Positions 46,277 through 58,779 of a stretch of DNA of 64,000 bases are shown here, in pieces. This DNA is from Setoptus koraiensis. Taxonomy: Eukaryota > Animalia > Arthropoda. The DNA lies in assembly GCA_048013815.1 (NCBI GenBank), contig CM106586.1, positions 11,532,001 to 11,596,000 of the forward strand. The letters run 5' to 3'. The position numbers were made by a program, and so were the translations under genes. Position 1 is the first letter of the stretch; each line of letters opens with the position of its first letter. The notes under the pieces are model-generated. The model had not been told where the DNA came from. It saw only the letters and a program-made list of their open reading frames with translations, and made no database searches.

Positions 46277-47904
46277 GGTGTGTATATAAGACGATTAGTT
46301 CACTTTATGCTAAACAGGTGATAATTCTACTAATAATTATGGTATTGTCCTCCGTGCTGCTGTTGTGTCTGATAGTCCCTGAGGTTGAGAAGTGGTGATT
46401 TTCTATCATATATTATGCCACCAGAAACTTGCAAGTGGTGTAGAATGTTCGACTGTTCAACTGTCGTGGCAAAATTTGTCGTAATAAGCATGGAGCCTGT
46501 TGAGATAAAAAAAAATGATGAAAATTACGAATGCACTTGAGCGCGTGATTACTGATGAATCAACTTAACAGTTGTTTGGTTGCGTTGAAAAGCAATTGTT
46601 TTCTGTAGTATCAAATCTTGCATTATCTGATATCCTAGTGAGCATTTGTGACATAATTAATTAATTACTGTGTGTAAGTCGTCTTGGAGAAATTGTCTTT
46701 TTATATGCGTACTATTTATTTCGTCTGCTACACCCGTGCGGTATTTGGAAGTGAGAAAAATAATGCTTGCACCCTGAGCATAGAACACTGAGACCAGAGC
46801 TCTGCACAAAGGGTAGGCGTTATTTTTCGCCAGTGTCCAGATACTTAATCACACCTATGTATGTGGGGCCCGTCTTCTGACTCACACGCTACTCGTCAAT
46901 CTTGACAAGAGACATAAAAAAACTCGACCACTCTCTACATCACTCTTTTGTGGAGTTATCTTCCAGTTGTCGAAAAATGCAGATTATATACATTAAATTT
47001 AGTTGTGGATGATATAACGTATGCTGTTACAGAAGTTTCTGTAGATGGAAAACGCTCAAGCTATCTTTCGGCTTGCACGAATATAGCTTAGAATTCTTTT
47101 CCTTCTTGATCAGAAGCGCGCCACAAATTCTGCTAGAGGTTCATATTTAGATAGCTATTAAGAGGAACACTTGATGATTGATAAGGACGATAGATACGGT
47201 GGTCATTGTTGGTACAAAAATTGGTACAAAATTGTTGTATAAATCGGTAAAAATTATATGAAAACCTGGCCTTTTTTGTGGGCCTAAGAATAGCATTCTT
47301 TTATCTCTCAATCCGGAGTTCAGAAAAGCTATAGTTTGGCCATTCTGGTTGTATCACACATCAAGTTGTTGTCTAATCTCACGAAAGACATCTAACTAGC
47401 AGATGTTGTATCGTCAGTATTGATCTCAACTTCGACAAAACAACTCGATCTGTTTGTGAAATATTCAGACTAGCTTCAGTTATCGCTATAATGAATGTGA
47501 CTACAATTCTAAAGAGAATCGATTCTGTAGTGTGAGAAGCATGATCGAACCCGCTTTGCATTGTGTTTTTACATTGATACAGGCGTTTCGTTCTATAATG
47601 CGGTACAGTGTTCAAGCATAGATTTTCTGTATGAAAAACAAATTTTTTTGAAATTGCTCGCAAGCAAGCGATACCAGATTAAACTAGCACCCTAATGTTG
47701 TGTCTGAAGTAACTTTAATGCGGAGATATCGTTATGAGGCTTGTATCTTATTACATAGATCGCACCATGGACGGAGGGAGTCGATCGGGTTGTCCTCCTA
47801 ATGTGTCATTCACGCGGTTTGATGGTAGAAATGATTGTTGTTCCGGCTGAACATGGTATCCGGGACGGGAGGGCGGATATGAAATTCGCCCGGGATATCC
47901 GTCA

Positions 47905-48099
47905 TTAATATCGTCGTCTGTTCCAATATAAATGCATTAATGCGATCATAATTGCTATGATACCAATATACCCAAGGTAAACCACTATTGTGACCCACCT
48001 GCTAAGGCAATGTTCAAAGCATTTAGCGCTATTCATCTTAATCAAAATCTCCCAACAATTGTCCCCCAAATCAGTGAAACATTGAGGAGGATAACCCAT
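47905..48099 (-). CDS. Candidate 64-aa single-TM micropeptide
   Basis: ATG, four Cys, hydrophobic helix followed by NRRRY. Composition only. Confidence 0.35.
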   Translation of the reverse strand: MGYPPQCFTDLGDNCWEILIKMNSAKCFEHCLSRWVTIVVYLGYIGIIAIMIALMHLYWNRRRY

Positions 48100-49525
48100 G
48101 GCTCAATTAAGTTATTGTTATTTATTATTTCAATATATAGTAAATATTCTTCCAATCAAAATATGAGAAAATATCTTTAGATGAATTTTGTCAAAACTGT
48201 TCTTGATCTGTGCGAAATATTTTTATATCGTATTTCACTACATGTTGGACGAGAGATGTTATAAGGAATCGTTTGCGTCAGGACTAGATCCAGATTTCGT
48301 TTCTTATTTCACGTGCGATCAGTCGATTTGCAATATCATTGCATGTATGTTATACAGTAGTGTAGTATTCAGAGGAGCTGAGGGGTGTAACACACACCCC
48401 GCCTCCTGTGTCTCCCCGACGAGGCATGAGGTGATTCTCCCCCGATCACTGGTTGTACATTTATGTTACAATTTATTCAGTTGATGAAAGTAAAAATGTG
48501 ATTCTAGTCAACTTATAGTTTGAATAGTTAAAATGTGGATTTATGAAGTACATGACGTACATCATGTCTGACTCCATGAGGCTTGGGATTCTGATTGAGA
48601 AAATAACAAAAAAAAATATATTATTTTATTGTAACTATTCAAAAAATCACTTCTTGGTTGAAGTTTTGGTATACTTTTTACATTCTCGTAATTGACATAG
48701 GTCCAATATAGGTGCAATCTGTTGATTTTTTTCCAAAATTGTTGTTGCTACCACAGGGCTAACAGAAAATGAGCAGGGACGGTGTTATTTGCTATTCCAA
48801 CCAGCGGCTCCTTACGTTTTTCCGTGTAGAGTAGAATAAGAATGATTATTGCTATTCCAATGAAGAAGTAGACTAACCGTTGCATTCCTGACCCAGTCCG
48901 TGCTGCAATACGATTTGCAATTGAATTCGTTCATCCTCTTCAATATATAATCTACCTTCTCCTCCTTGCCATAATGAAGGTTAATCTTCTATCCTTAGTT
49001 CGGTGTGCATCTATAGCGACCCAAATGAACATTATGTTGAATTTTATTTTAAGATGATGTCCCCTGCGAATTGACGAAGAAGTGCGACATTTAATTTCAC
49101 TTCTCGCAATTCAATCTGATTGTTTCCTGTAGAGTCAGAAGATACTGACAGCGATACAACAATAACAATTAATTTTTTTTACATCGCTCCGAGTATTCAC
49201 GTGACCAATCAACGTTTTGCTTTTAGAGATTTTCCTAAACGGTAGTAATCGCTACCGGCTTTTACCGTAAATCCAATGAAAAAATCAGAGTGCTTCCAGT
49301 GACGGCAGAATAAAGCGGTGTACCGAGCACCATCACAAGTTCATCTCAATTGTCAGGGTAAATGCAGCACACAATTAATCGACTTGATTACAAATGTACA
49401 CGTATGAAGACATTTCAAAGACATTCAAATTTTTCATTTTACTTCTGCACATCTATATTACATTAAACGAGGAACTTTATGTTCTTACTGTCGGTGGCTC
49501 AACTGTATAAACAGATCTTGATGTT

Positions 49526-51038
49526 ATGAAAAATTCTTTGAATTTACCCACTCCAAAAGCTATCGGTACTGTAGTCCTACCTTTACCCAGTCACATTATT
49601 ATAGATGCAAATGGTACAATAGCTGCCATTGATGATTGTTTGATCGGTTCGGATGCATACTATTATGTTGAACGAAACCTTAAAGAGTTTCTTAATCAGT
49701 TCTGGTATGACAAAAATATTCTTACAGCCATCAACAAGCTTAAATCAGAATATATCAATGATAAGAAGCTACAGTCATCAAAATGCCCAAAAATTGTCGT
49801 CAGTCCCATTGATGGCACAACCGCTCTGTCAACACCTCCATCACAAGCAACAGCAAACACAGCAAATCAAGCGGCAAACTCCACGTTAGATACGCAGCAA
49901 TCAAATGTGAAACAAAACACCAACCCACAGGGAGGGGGAGAGAAGACTGCAGGTACTTCTAGCCATCAAGCTCACCAGCAGAATGATCCGAGTAACGCAG
50001 CAAGCAAATTGATCGGTGCATTACAAAATAATAAAGCTGTTGGCTCGGAATTATTTCTCGAGAATAGGAGTGGGTCAATCAAGACAGCATCAGCAACATC
50101 CGCCATCTCGAGCTCTGGCCTTATATCGTCACATCCGTCGGCATCAAGTCAGGGCCAGATTAAACCACCAGTTCCTGATGAGGAGCTCGAGTCTATTTAT
50201 GAGCATATATTGTGGCGTCTGAGAGAGAGGAAAATATCATCAGGGACAAGGTTGTTATTGGAGCACGTTCTATTTCAAGCCTATGATCGGGGTAGCTTGA
50301 AGATGCTGATATACGAGGAGGTACCAAATGTTCTGAACGAGTGGAGAATGGTAAAAGGTATCAAGTTGGTGTCCTTCTCAAGGGGGTCGGGCGAGTCTCA
50401 GCGATGTTATTTTGGTTCGACCACACGGGGAAATATATCAAAAGTAGGTCAAATCCATCGATTCTCTCTGACTCCGATATATTCTGCATATACATCGTGC
50501 ATATATACGCCATATAGTCTTTTGTATCGGGTATTTCCACGGTTTAAATCGGAATTTTCTCAATTTCCGCTTACCCCGAACTGCCACAAATATCGGATAG
50601 GTTGTATAGATTGAGCTCACAATCGTTTCATCAAATAACGAGTCCCTTTTGTTCTCTATTCGTTTCATTCTCTAGCTATTTTCGCATTTTGTAGATGGTA
50701 CGGACAAATTGAGTCCTAGCACTGATTTGTTCAAAAAAGTAATAGAAAAAATCAAACCAGATAAAAGCGACTCTGTTCTTTACATAACAAGCGTGATGCT
50801 AGACGCAGAGACTGCCGCCAAATGCCAAATCAATGTTGTTTTAGTTGACAGAGATGATCAATATAGCGACAGTCCATTGGCGATAGCGTCACGCGAAAAA
50901 ACGGCTACTAGTAAATATGCCAGCACACGGTCGAGATCGCACGAAAGGTTGAAATCTAGTAGAGGCAAAGTGAAGGAGAAAGACAGGATTAGATTGGTGA
51001 AATCACTTACAGATATAATATTCAGGCGGATGCGCTGA
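49526..51038 (+). CDS. Divergent enolase-phosphatase E1 (ENOPH1/Utr4, HAD family)-like protein; exons 49526-50443 and 50676-51038
   Basis: IIIDANGT (versus ILLDIEGT), IYEEVPNVLNEWR..KLVSFSRGSGESQRCYFG (versus V..WR..KVYIYSSGSVEAQKLLFG), VLYITSV (versus ILFLTDV). The phase-0 intron joins GNISK to LFSHFVD. Confidence 0.78.
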
Positions 51039-51653
51039 TTTGTCAGCAAAAAATTCCATTTATCAGCTTTTATGTGCTGAATATTTCCCGAAGAACAGAC
51101 ATATATGATGTGCCGATAAACAACAAGAAAGCAATCCAAAGGAGTTCACAAGCTTAGAAAGAGACTTCTCGACTTTCGAAGAAAACCTTTCCTCAATAAC
51201 GACACACATGGCATCTCATTTTCGGGACGAGAATCAATTTCGGCCGACTATTCACTTTTATAATACTATCCCGAAAAAGAGTAGAATCCGATAAAATAGA
51301 TGACAGAAAATGATTCCTGTGATTTTGAATATGACTACATATCCTGCTGGCCTGGACTTGCAGCGTAACTTCAGGATAAATGAGGCTTAACTTGCGGTCG
51401 CAGTGCAGAGAGAAATGAAAAAAAAAGAAACATTGGGGGAAAGAAATTTCGGGGTGTTTTTTTTTTTGGCGTTCGCCTTGGGAGTGTGTGTCAAATTGAC
51501 ACTGTCAATAACCTCAAAAAACGAGCATCCATCGTCACAAAAAAATCACCTTGGTTGCACTCCCGTCATAAACCCCGTTGTTATAAACCATGCTTTTATT
51601 GAAAAATCTCGCAATGATCATAAACTTTTTAAAGAACTTGAACCTTGAAACTC

Positions 51654-51700
51654 AAACACGTTTCTCTGAAAAACATTAATGTGTTGAGAGAAACGTGTTT
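51654..51700. other. 47-bp inverted repeat/hairpin
   Basis: aaacacgtttctct pairs with agagaaacgtgttt (14 bp perfect). The spacer contains the palindrome acattaatgt. Confidence 0.7.
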
Positions 51701-52000
51701 CAGATGTGCGTCATATGTACAGTGTAGCCTGCATCGCTGAAGCAACGACAATAAACAAACAAATTAGGGCTCAAAAACAGACTACCAAGTAAGAAGCAAG
51801 TTTTTCTTACTAATTTCCAATTTGTGTTATTGCGCGTGATTTACCTTGCAGTCAGTTGTTGTAAAGATCTTTGGAGAAAAGAGTGAGAGAATTATATTAG
51901 CTTCTCTCGAAAACGATTGTCCTCAGCTTTTTCTTGAAAGATTAAGTTTTCCATGTTAAAACGTTCATAATTGATAGATAGGAATACCAGAAATTTCGAT

Positions 52001-52531
52001 ATGGCAGAGGCAGATGGTACTAAGGAATCAGGGCAAGTATTGTGCTTTCGCAAGCGTACTATCGATGATTGGCTGGACAATTGTCTAGCTTGTCTTGGTT
52101 TCTCGGCCTCATCATATATAGGCATAAAATGTGTAAATTTATTATTTTTTGTACAGTTGGACTCTATATATCATAGTATTGGCTACGTATCATCCTTGGC
52201 CGTAATTTCGTTGCCGTTGGCTTTCAGGGCTTCAAGTAGGAACTCACTAGGACTGATGTTCTTATTCTTGCTCATCTTATGGTATCATATCTTTGGTATA
52301 TTTTCATATGTCTACTTGTACATGCGAAATAGTCCAAACGCGAATACTAAAGATACCGAATTGTCCTTCAATCAGTTTATTTCCACTCCAGTTCATCAAG
52401 TTACACTGGCCTTTTATTGCCTATTTCTACTGTCTTGTCTGGTGCTAACGATAGTCAAGATTATTTCGATCGTAAAACGAATTGAGCCTTCGAAGGTCGC
52501 TCTCACAAACAACCATCCCAGTGAATATTGA
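52001..52531 (+). CDS. Four-TM membrane protein of unknown family, 176 aa
   Basis: ATG 52001, four hydrophobic segments with short loops, polar termini. Confidence 0.65.
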   Translation: MAEADGTKESGQVLCFRKRTIDDWLDNCLACLGFSASSYIGIKCVNLLFFVQLDSIYHSIGYVSSLAVISLPLAFRASSRNSLGLMFLFLLILWYHIFGIFSYVYLYMRNSPNANTKDTELSFNQFISTPVHQVTLAFYCLFLLSCLVLTIVKIISIVKRIEPSKVALTNNHPSEY

Positions 52532-53021
52532 ATCGGTGGTAAGTGAAAAAGGTCATGATTGAATAATTTTGTGGTTTAGAACGAACCATCTGCACGTATC
52601 AATAAAGTCTCGTATAAGGATATATTATTTACTGTAAGGCGCAGTTACGAAAGGTTCTGATCCTAGTACCTACTAAGGTTTTTCGTGATTTCTTTTCTTT
52701 ATTTCTTTTTTGTTCAATTCAATATTTCCTCAAAAAGGGTCCAACCGAAACAAGAATTAACCTTACATCATTTTCACAGTAAAATGGGAGGCAAGAGTGA
52801 AAATTTCGCGAAAAAGTAGCGGCTTGCTAATGAAAAACAGGAAACAGAAATAAGCCATACCTTTCGGACAATACCCTATTTTTGGAAATTGAAGATTCAA
52901 AATAGAAACAGCCCGAAATGGGACGACCACTTATTGCTATCTATGTAAGAGAAAATCACGGATGAAAATTTGAAGTCTAGATATAAATTCAAGTATAATA
53001 AAAACGGCAACAGTGTATTAA

Positions 53022-54122
53022 TTAATGCATTCTGCTATCAAATTTTCCATTCCAATCGAACGATCCATCGTCAACAAACTTTTGACTGATAAATAGATCA
53101 AAGAACAGTTTTCTTAAATACTCATAATCTGGTGCTTCATAGAAATCTAGATGTCTCACATAACGCAAATAACTGGCGAATTCTTCGGGACACCTATCGC
53201 AGATTTCCTCAACTGGTAGCTTTTGTTTGAGTTCTCCTATCTTTTTCATACGTTCTTTGTGGTCGGTGGCGGGCAGACCCTGCCAGGGCAAAGAGCCGCG
53301 CATCAGATAAATAATAACATAACCGACGGCCTCTAGATCATCGCGTCTGCTTTGCTCGCGACCCATGTGTGTATTGACACTCATATACCTAGCCGTTCCA
53401 ATAGCACCTTTTTGAGACTTGAATGGTATGTGTGTGCCTGTATCGGGGTTTATGTATTCTTTGGCTAAGCCATAATCAATGATATGAACAATGTTTTCTT
53501 TTTCTTGGCCCTGACGACCGAGCAGAAAATTCTCTGGCTTCACATCTCTATAGATGATATTTCTCGAGTGGAGAGTCTGAAATCTGGCCAACAGTTGCAG
53601 TGTTAAATATAATACAGACTTTAGTGATAATCTACGGTCACAAATATTAAAGACCTCCTCCAGGCTGGGGCCTAGCAACTCCATCACCATCGCGTGATAC
53701 ATTCCCGCACATTCGTCTATTTTCACTATTCTTGGGAAGCCCTCTGACTGTCCAATCATCTTTATAAATCTGTACTCTAGAGGTAGTTGAGGCGCCTTGG
53801 TAGCCTTTTGTTCTAATTTTACAGCAACTAATTCGTTTGTGACAATGTTCTTACCCAGATAGACAGCGCCTGTATGAGAATGGTAATGAATATTAATAGC
53901 AATAGTATTGATTATTGTTTTGAGAGAAAAGATTTTTTTAAATTAATTAATCTCTGATAAGTAGTAGGGAAGCGAGGCTTTGTAATGAATAGAATGAAGC
54001 AGAGTGAGTAGCGAAGTTTATTTACCATAGGATCCGCTGCCCAGCATTTTAAGAATCTTAAATTTGGATGCCACCAGGACACCCACAACATCATGGTAGG
54101 CACGAGCGCTTCTAGTGGTCAT
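53022..54122 (-). CDS. Casein kinase 1 (gamma-like); exons 54122-54026 and 53869-53022
   Basis: LGSGSYG/AVYLGKN, VAVKLE, PQLPLEYR, MELLGPSLE, IYRDVKPENFL, IDYGLAKEY, GTARYMS, SRRDDLE, LPWQGL. Confidence 0.9.
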
Positions 54123-54645
54123 ATAGCCTATCAATTCAATCTGTCTGGTGGAAAATTTTGTCGTTAGCAGTCAACACCATGGTAGAATAATCTAAAAAAT
54201 GCAACTACATCTGCGACAAAAAATGCTACCGGAAAAACTTTGCATGCGAGCAACTACATATATATCTGTATATAGATCGCAAAGTTTGTAACTGTATCAT
54301 TCTCACAATCTTAAAATTGTAATGCTGTAAACTTGCATTACATTAGTTGTGATTACTTTGAGCGCGCGACTAGCCATCTCATTTAATTTGCATGATAAAC
54401 ATGTTTTTTTTTTATTATTCGATATAAACATTGCTGACTGAACATTGAATGCACACGTCATGAGAACAATGTTACGATGTACCGATTCTGTCGCGTGAGG
54501 GCCTGTTGATTCATTGGTTGAACAGTTGGCGCAATTTGGTTGTGAGCAGTAAAAATGTCTATCCATTAAACCAAAATAATTAATTGTAACTGTTATGCAT
54601 AACAATATGCATTCTGCCGCTATAGATTTCATTATTTTCCATCAA

Positions 54646-56895
54646 CTATCTGGCCACTTTGTACATAACCAACAACAATACAAAAAACCTGAGTGCCACT
54701 AACGCTGCAAACATCACCACCATACCTATATACAGATCGTTGTCTTCAATATCTAAATCGTGCATAACTAGCGAGGGGAAATTCTGGTCGCATTTAAACT
54801 GGCCAATGTAGATCTCTCTATCTGGCGATCCGTGGTCCGTTTCCAAACCAACATTCGCACCTATGCTGGCCGATGGCGACGACGATGACGCTGGCATATC
54901 ATTATTGATAAAGTTGCCCATTTCTGTCGACTGTGCTATACCCTGACCATATGCCAAACTACGCGCGATTTGATCGCTATCCGTATAATCGATATTTTCT
55001 TGGTCGGAAAGTTGATAATTGTTCGGATTGCACTTGCATCGGCCGAAACCGAATATGCTACCATAGATTGTCTTAACTGCATAGTGAAAATAGTTACTCC
55101 GACAAATGAGTTTCAGCCACTTGCCCAGACGCGACAGTCTCTTTGTGAAGCCACTGTAAACGAACAGAGGCACCAACGACAGTGGCCCGACAAAAACCGA
55201 CGCTGACAAGTTGTTCATAAATACGGCGCCAACAATGAGGCCTTGCGTTTGGGCCAATAAACTGAGCGTTATGAGAGAATATGTATAAACTATAAAGCGC
55301 CACTCATAAGTAGAACGGGGCTGGTGCGACAAGTAAAATGTGAGGCCAGAAAAAATCAGAACACAAAATATTTGAAATGGGGCGTCTGAGGTTATCTTGC
55401 CACTAATATAAGTGGGCACCGTGTACCAGCCATTGAAGTACTCCTTGGCCAATACTTTTACGTCCGAAGGAAAAGTCAAAACTGTTATCATGTGCGCAGC
55501 AAACATAACGAACAGGGCCCCGTATATGATGAACAGTAAGTTGTCTTGTATACGTTGCATATCTTGCATTTCCTCTCTTGTTAGACTGGCCGCAGTGGCC
55601 ACACTGATAGAGGTGAGACTTTGTTTGTTGAATGTTGGACATCCGTCGCTACGTCCAGTGTGTTCGCCAAAGATATACACGTAAAAGAATGCCATGACAA
55701 TGTGCAAGGCCAGCCTAAGTCCGAACAAAATGGGATCGCGTAATAGTTGCAACGTTGACCGTTGCACATGAATCCATAGATGATCTAAGGTGGGACAAGG
55801 ATCGTACAATATGGCTTTTTTCAATGTTTGCGCATTGATGGATTCCAATTTATTGTCAAAAATCATCTTCTTCTGGCGCTCCATTCTAATTAATTTCTCT
55901 GCCTTATTTCGCCCATAATCTCCCGACACAACCTCAATAAAATGATCCATCGGATTGTAGAATGGTGGGCACGGGGCGCCCACGCTGGCCAATGTGCCCA
56001 GTATGTCGCCCGGAGCTCCGTTGAAGGCACATCTACCACCAGAGGCCATCATGTAGACTCTGTCGAATAATTCAATCACTTTGGCGCTAGGTTGATGTAT
56101 CGTGGTGACAATAGTCAACGGTTGTGCAGAACTGGCGTTTGAATTTATAATGTGGCGCAACACTTGTATTGTCTGATAACATGAAGAACTATCTAAACCG
56201 GAAGTGGGCTCGTCCAACATCAGTATGTTGGGCCGTTTCACTAGCTCCTGGCCAATGGCAACTCGTTTTTGTTGGCCACCCGAGCAGCGAGTTATCACAT
56301 TGTTTTGACATACTTGCAGGCCCAACTGTTGAATAACGCGTCTGACTATGGCTCTATGTGAAATGTCATAGGTACGATTCTTGTAACGCGACGCATAATA
56401 TATTGTTTCGGTGACGGTGAATTGCGGCAAAAAATCATCGTGCTGGGGCACAATAGCAATGCGTACCTTTGGCTTGCCTACAACAAACATTTCGCCCATC
56501 GACAAGCCAGCGTTTCGTTTCATACACAAACACTCCAACAGGGTAGATTTTCCAGCGCCCGACGGACCCATCAGAGCCACCAATTCACCTGACAGGAAGT
56601 ATCCACTCAACTGGCTTAATATTCTGCGAGGACTCTTTTTGAACGGACCAAAATTAAATCTGGGCACTGCTTCCCAACACAGATTGGTCCATTTCACATA
56701 GAAGCTACCCTCATTTGAGGCGTCCATATCTATACTCAAAGTGCCATCGCTGTTAACTATAACTCTCGGCGGCCGGGCACAACTAATTTGACTGAAGTCT
56801 CCGAGGCTCTTCTGGCGATGCGCCGTTTCGCTCACGTCCAGTGAACTTGACGATGTGGACAAACATGTCCGTAGATTTGCGCCGCTCGGATCCAT
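54646..56895 (-). CDS. ABCG half-transporter, intronless, 749 aa
   Basis: NBD-TMD order: GPSGAGKST, CSGGQ, MLDEPTSGLD, TIHQPS, then six TM helices with a Cys-containing extracellular loop. Confidence 0.95.
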   Translation of the reverse strand: MDPSGANLRTCLSTSSSSLDVSETAHRQKSLGDFSQISCARPPRVIVNSDGTLSIDMDASNEGSFYVKWTNLCWEAVPRFNFGPFKKSPRRILSQLSGYFLSGELVALMGPSGAGKSTLLECLCMKRNAGLSMGEMFVVGKPKVRIAIVPQHDDFLPQFTVTETIYYASRYKNRTYDISHRAIVRRVIQQLGLQVCQNNVITRCSGGQQKRVAIGQELVKRPNILMLDEPTSGLDSSSCYQTIQVLRHIINSNASSAQPLTIVTTIHQPSAKVIELFDRVYMMASGGRCAFNGAPGDILGTLASVGAPCPPFYNPMDHFIEVVSGDYGRNKAEKLIRMERQKKMIFDNKLESINAQTLKKAILYDPCPTLDHLWIHVQRSTLQLLRDPILFGLRLALHIVMAFFYVYIFGEHTGRSDGCPTFNKQSLTSISVATAASLTREEMQDMQRIQDNLLFIIYGALFVMFAAHMITVLTFPSDVKVLAKEYFNGWYTVPTYISGKITSDAPFQIFCVLIFSGLTFYLSHQPRSTYEWRFIVYTYSLITLSLLAQTQGLIVGAVFMNNLSASVFVGPLSLVPLFVYSGFTKRLSRLGKWLKLICRSNYFHYAVKTIYGSIFGFGRCKCNPNNYQLSDQENIDYTDSDQIARSLAYGQGIAQSTEMGNFINNDMPASSSSPSASIGANVGLETDHGSPDREIYIGQFKCDQNFPSLVMHDLDIEDNDLYIGMVVMFAALVALRFFVLLLVMYKVAR

Positions 56896-58779
56896 TCAAT
56901 TCTGTTGAACGCTGGTCAATTTGGATTGCAAATCGCTGGATAACCAATTAGCAGAACATTGGGCTGAACTGTCAATCGTTGTTGATTAGAAAATTCGGAA
57001 TCTTGGTTGAGTTTAGGTTGCCGATATTGCCATTAGCACCCATCAATCACAGGCCAATTCTTGAAATCACTCTGGAATCGCCGGGTGCCAATAATTTGTA
57101 CTTGCCACACATACAGACATAGCAACAGTCGTGATCATCCCAATATATGCAATAATAATAATTTCAACAACACAATCATTTTTTTCTATGTAACATGAGA
57201 TCTGTGTTCAAAGTAGAGCAATTATTTTAAATCATTGGAAAACTGCGGTGCATAAACGCAAACAGCCTTCTGCCTCTGGTGGGAGTAGAATGTTGTAGAA
57301 TTCATGTACAATGCTCGACGTTTTGTTTTTATTATACATCTGAATACTAACATGTGGGCATGTGTATGTCAAACTATTAAATGTAAGTCTCACAGACTAC
57401 ATCTACCAAACGATAAATGGAAATTTATCTCTAATGAAAATCCTTTTCAGACACGAGATTTCAATGATTTTGAAACCTAAATTCAACTAATTTGCACATG
57501 ATCCACGTTGTTCCCAGTAATGTTGTTCCGAAATCATATCAAAAGTGGGCCAAACTAATTTGCTACTCTATTATCCGATGCTAAAATACTGCATATAATT
57601 ATTAGCTACCTAACTTCATGCAACGGATATTTCCAATATTACGTTCTTATGGAAAATCTGAAATTTCCCTTTCTTCCGTTATTCCGTACGATTGTACCGG
57701 TATCAATTGTAGTAGCCAACCGATCACTGCCTATTAACATAGTCTATCAATATAGGCAGACAATAACTGTTTCACTTAATATATTAGAGAAAATAATCCA
57801 AGGAATTCCACCGAATTTTCTCGATCATGTCAATGTGAAGAATCTGGCCTCGAAACGTGCGATTTTTGCCAAAGTTCTTGCGTTTGCAACTTTCAAAAAC
57901 TCAGGACAGGATCAACGATGTTCATGTTTGATGTATGATAATTGAAATAATAATGAAATTCTGAGTCAGAATCGGCAATCATTTCTGATTCAGGACCCGA
58001 ATAAACACCCCTCAGTCTCCTTATCCTTGGTCCGCATCTTCTTTTCTCCCATTCCAGTCAAGTCTCCCTCCATATATCTTTCCGTGTCAACTTCCCTCAA
58101 AAACTGGCCCGAACAACAAGAAGGGGAAAACTCTATGAGTTCTTCATGTAGGGGAGGGTCGATACCGAAATCGTTTGCGCCGCACTTGCGGAAGGATGGA
58201 AAAATCCTATGGAAATTTAGCACGTGAGCGGGGGTGGCGTTTCTCAAAAATCTCATAAGGATTAAGACGTCATACCTCCCTGGCTCGAAAATCGGTTCCT
58301 AAAGGGGCTGAGCTTTGCATGAAACAAATGAAGAACCTATTTTTTGGTGTTAACAGAAGGTAGTTTCTCAAATGAGATTTCTCACTATTCATGTATGTAT
58401 GCTTCATTTCTAACTCAACTGGTTGTGATAGTGTCTTCAAGTTGAAGGCATCAACCGAGTTTATTGCCCTGTTCAGAATCAACACTTCACTGATGCGCAG
58501 AGAAATCTGTTCTAGGAAAACATAATCCGGTCACGTGAATACCCTGCGTGTATTGAACAATGAGAAATTGAAAATTTTCAAGTTGATGCCCATGTCGATT
58601 CTTGATATCTTCTGCTAAGGAAATAAACTAGATTGCTACAATAGATATATGCAGATTTTTATAACATTTTCTTATTTTTCCCGTTTCGAGGAATGTAACA
58701 TTTTCGTTGTTGCACATTAGATAAAACTGACAGATCGGAGGATCCGGGTTAATTTTTCGAATTATTTTGGCTGGTCAAA

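Noticed and set aside
57600-58700. Possible non-autonomous DNA element (palindrome attctgagtcagaat) or upstream NOS exons
   Set aside because: No paired termini and no FMN/oxygenase-like translation were found.
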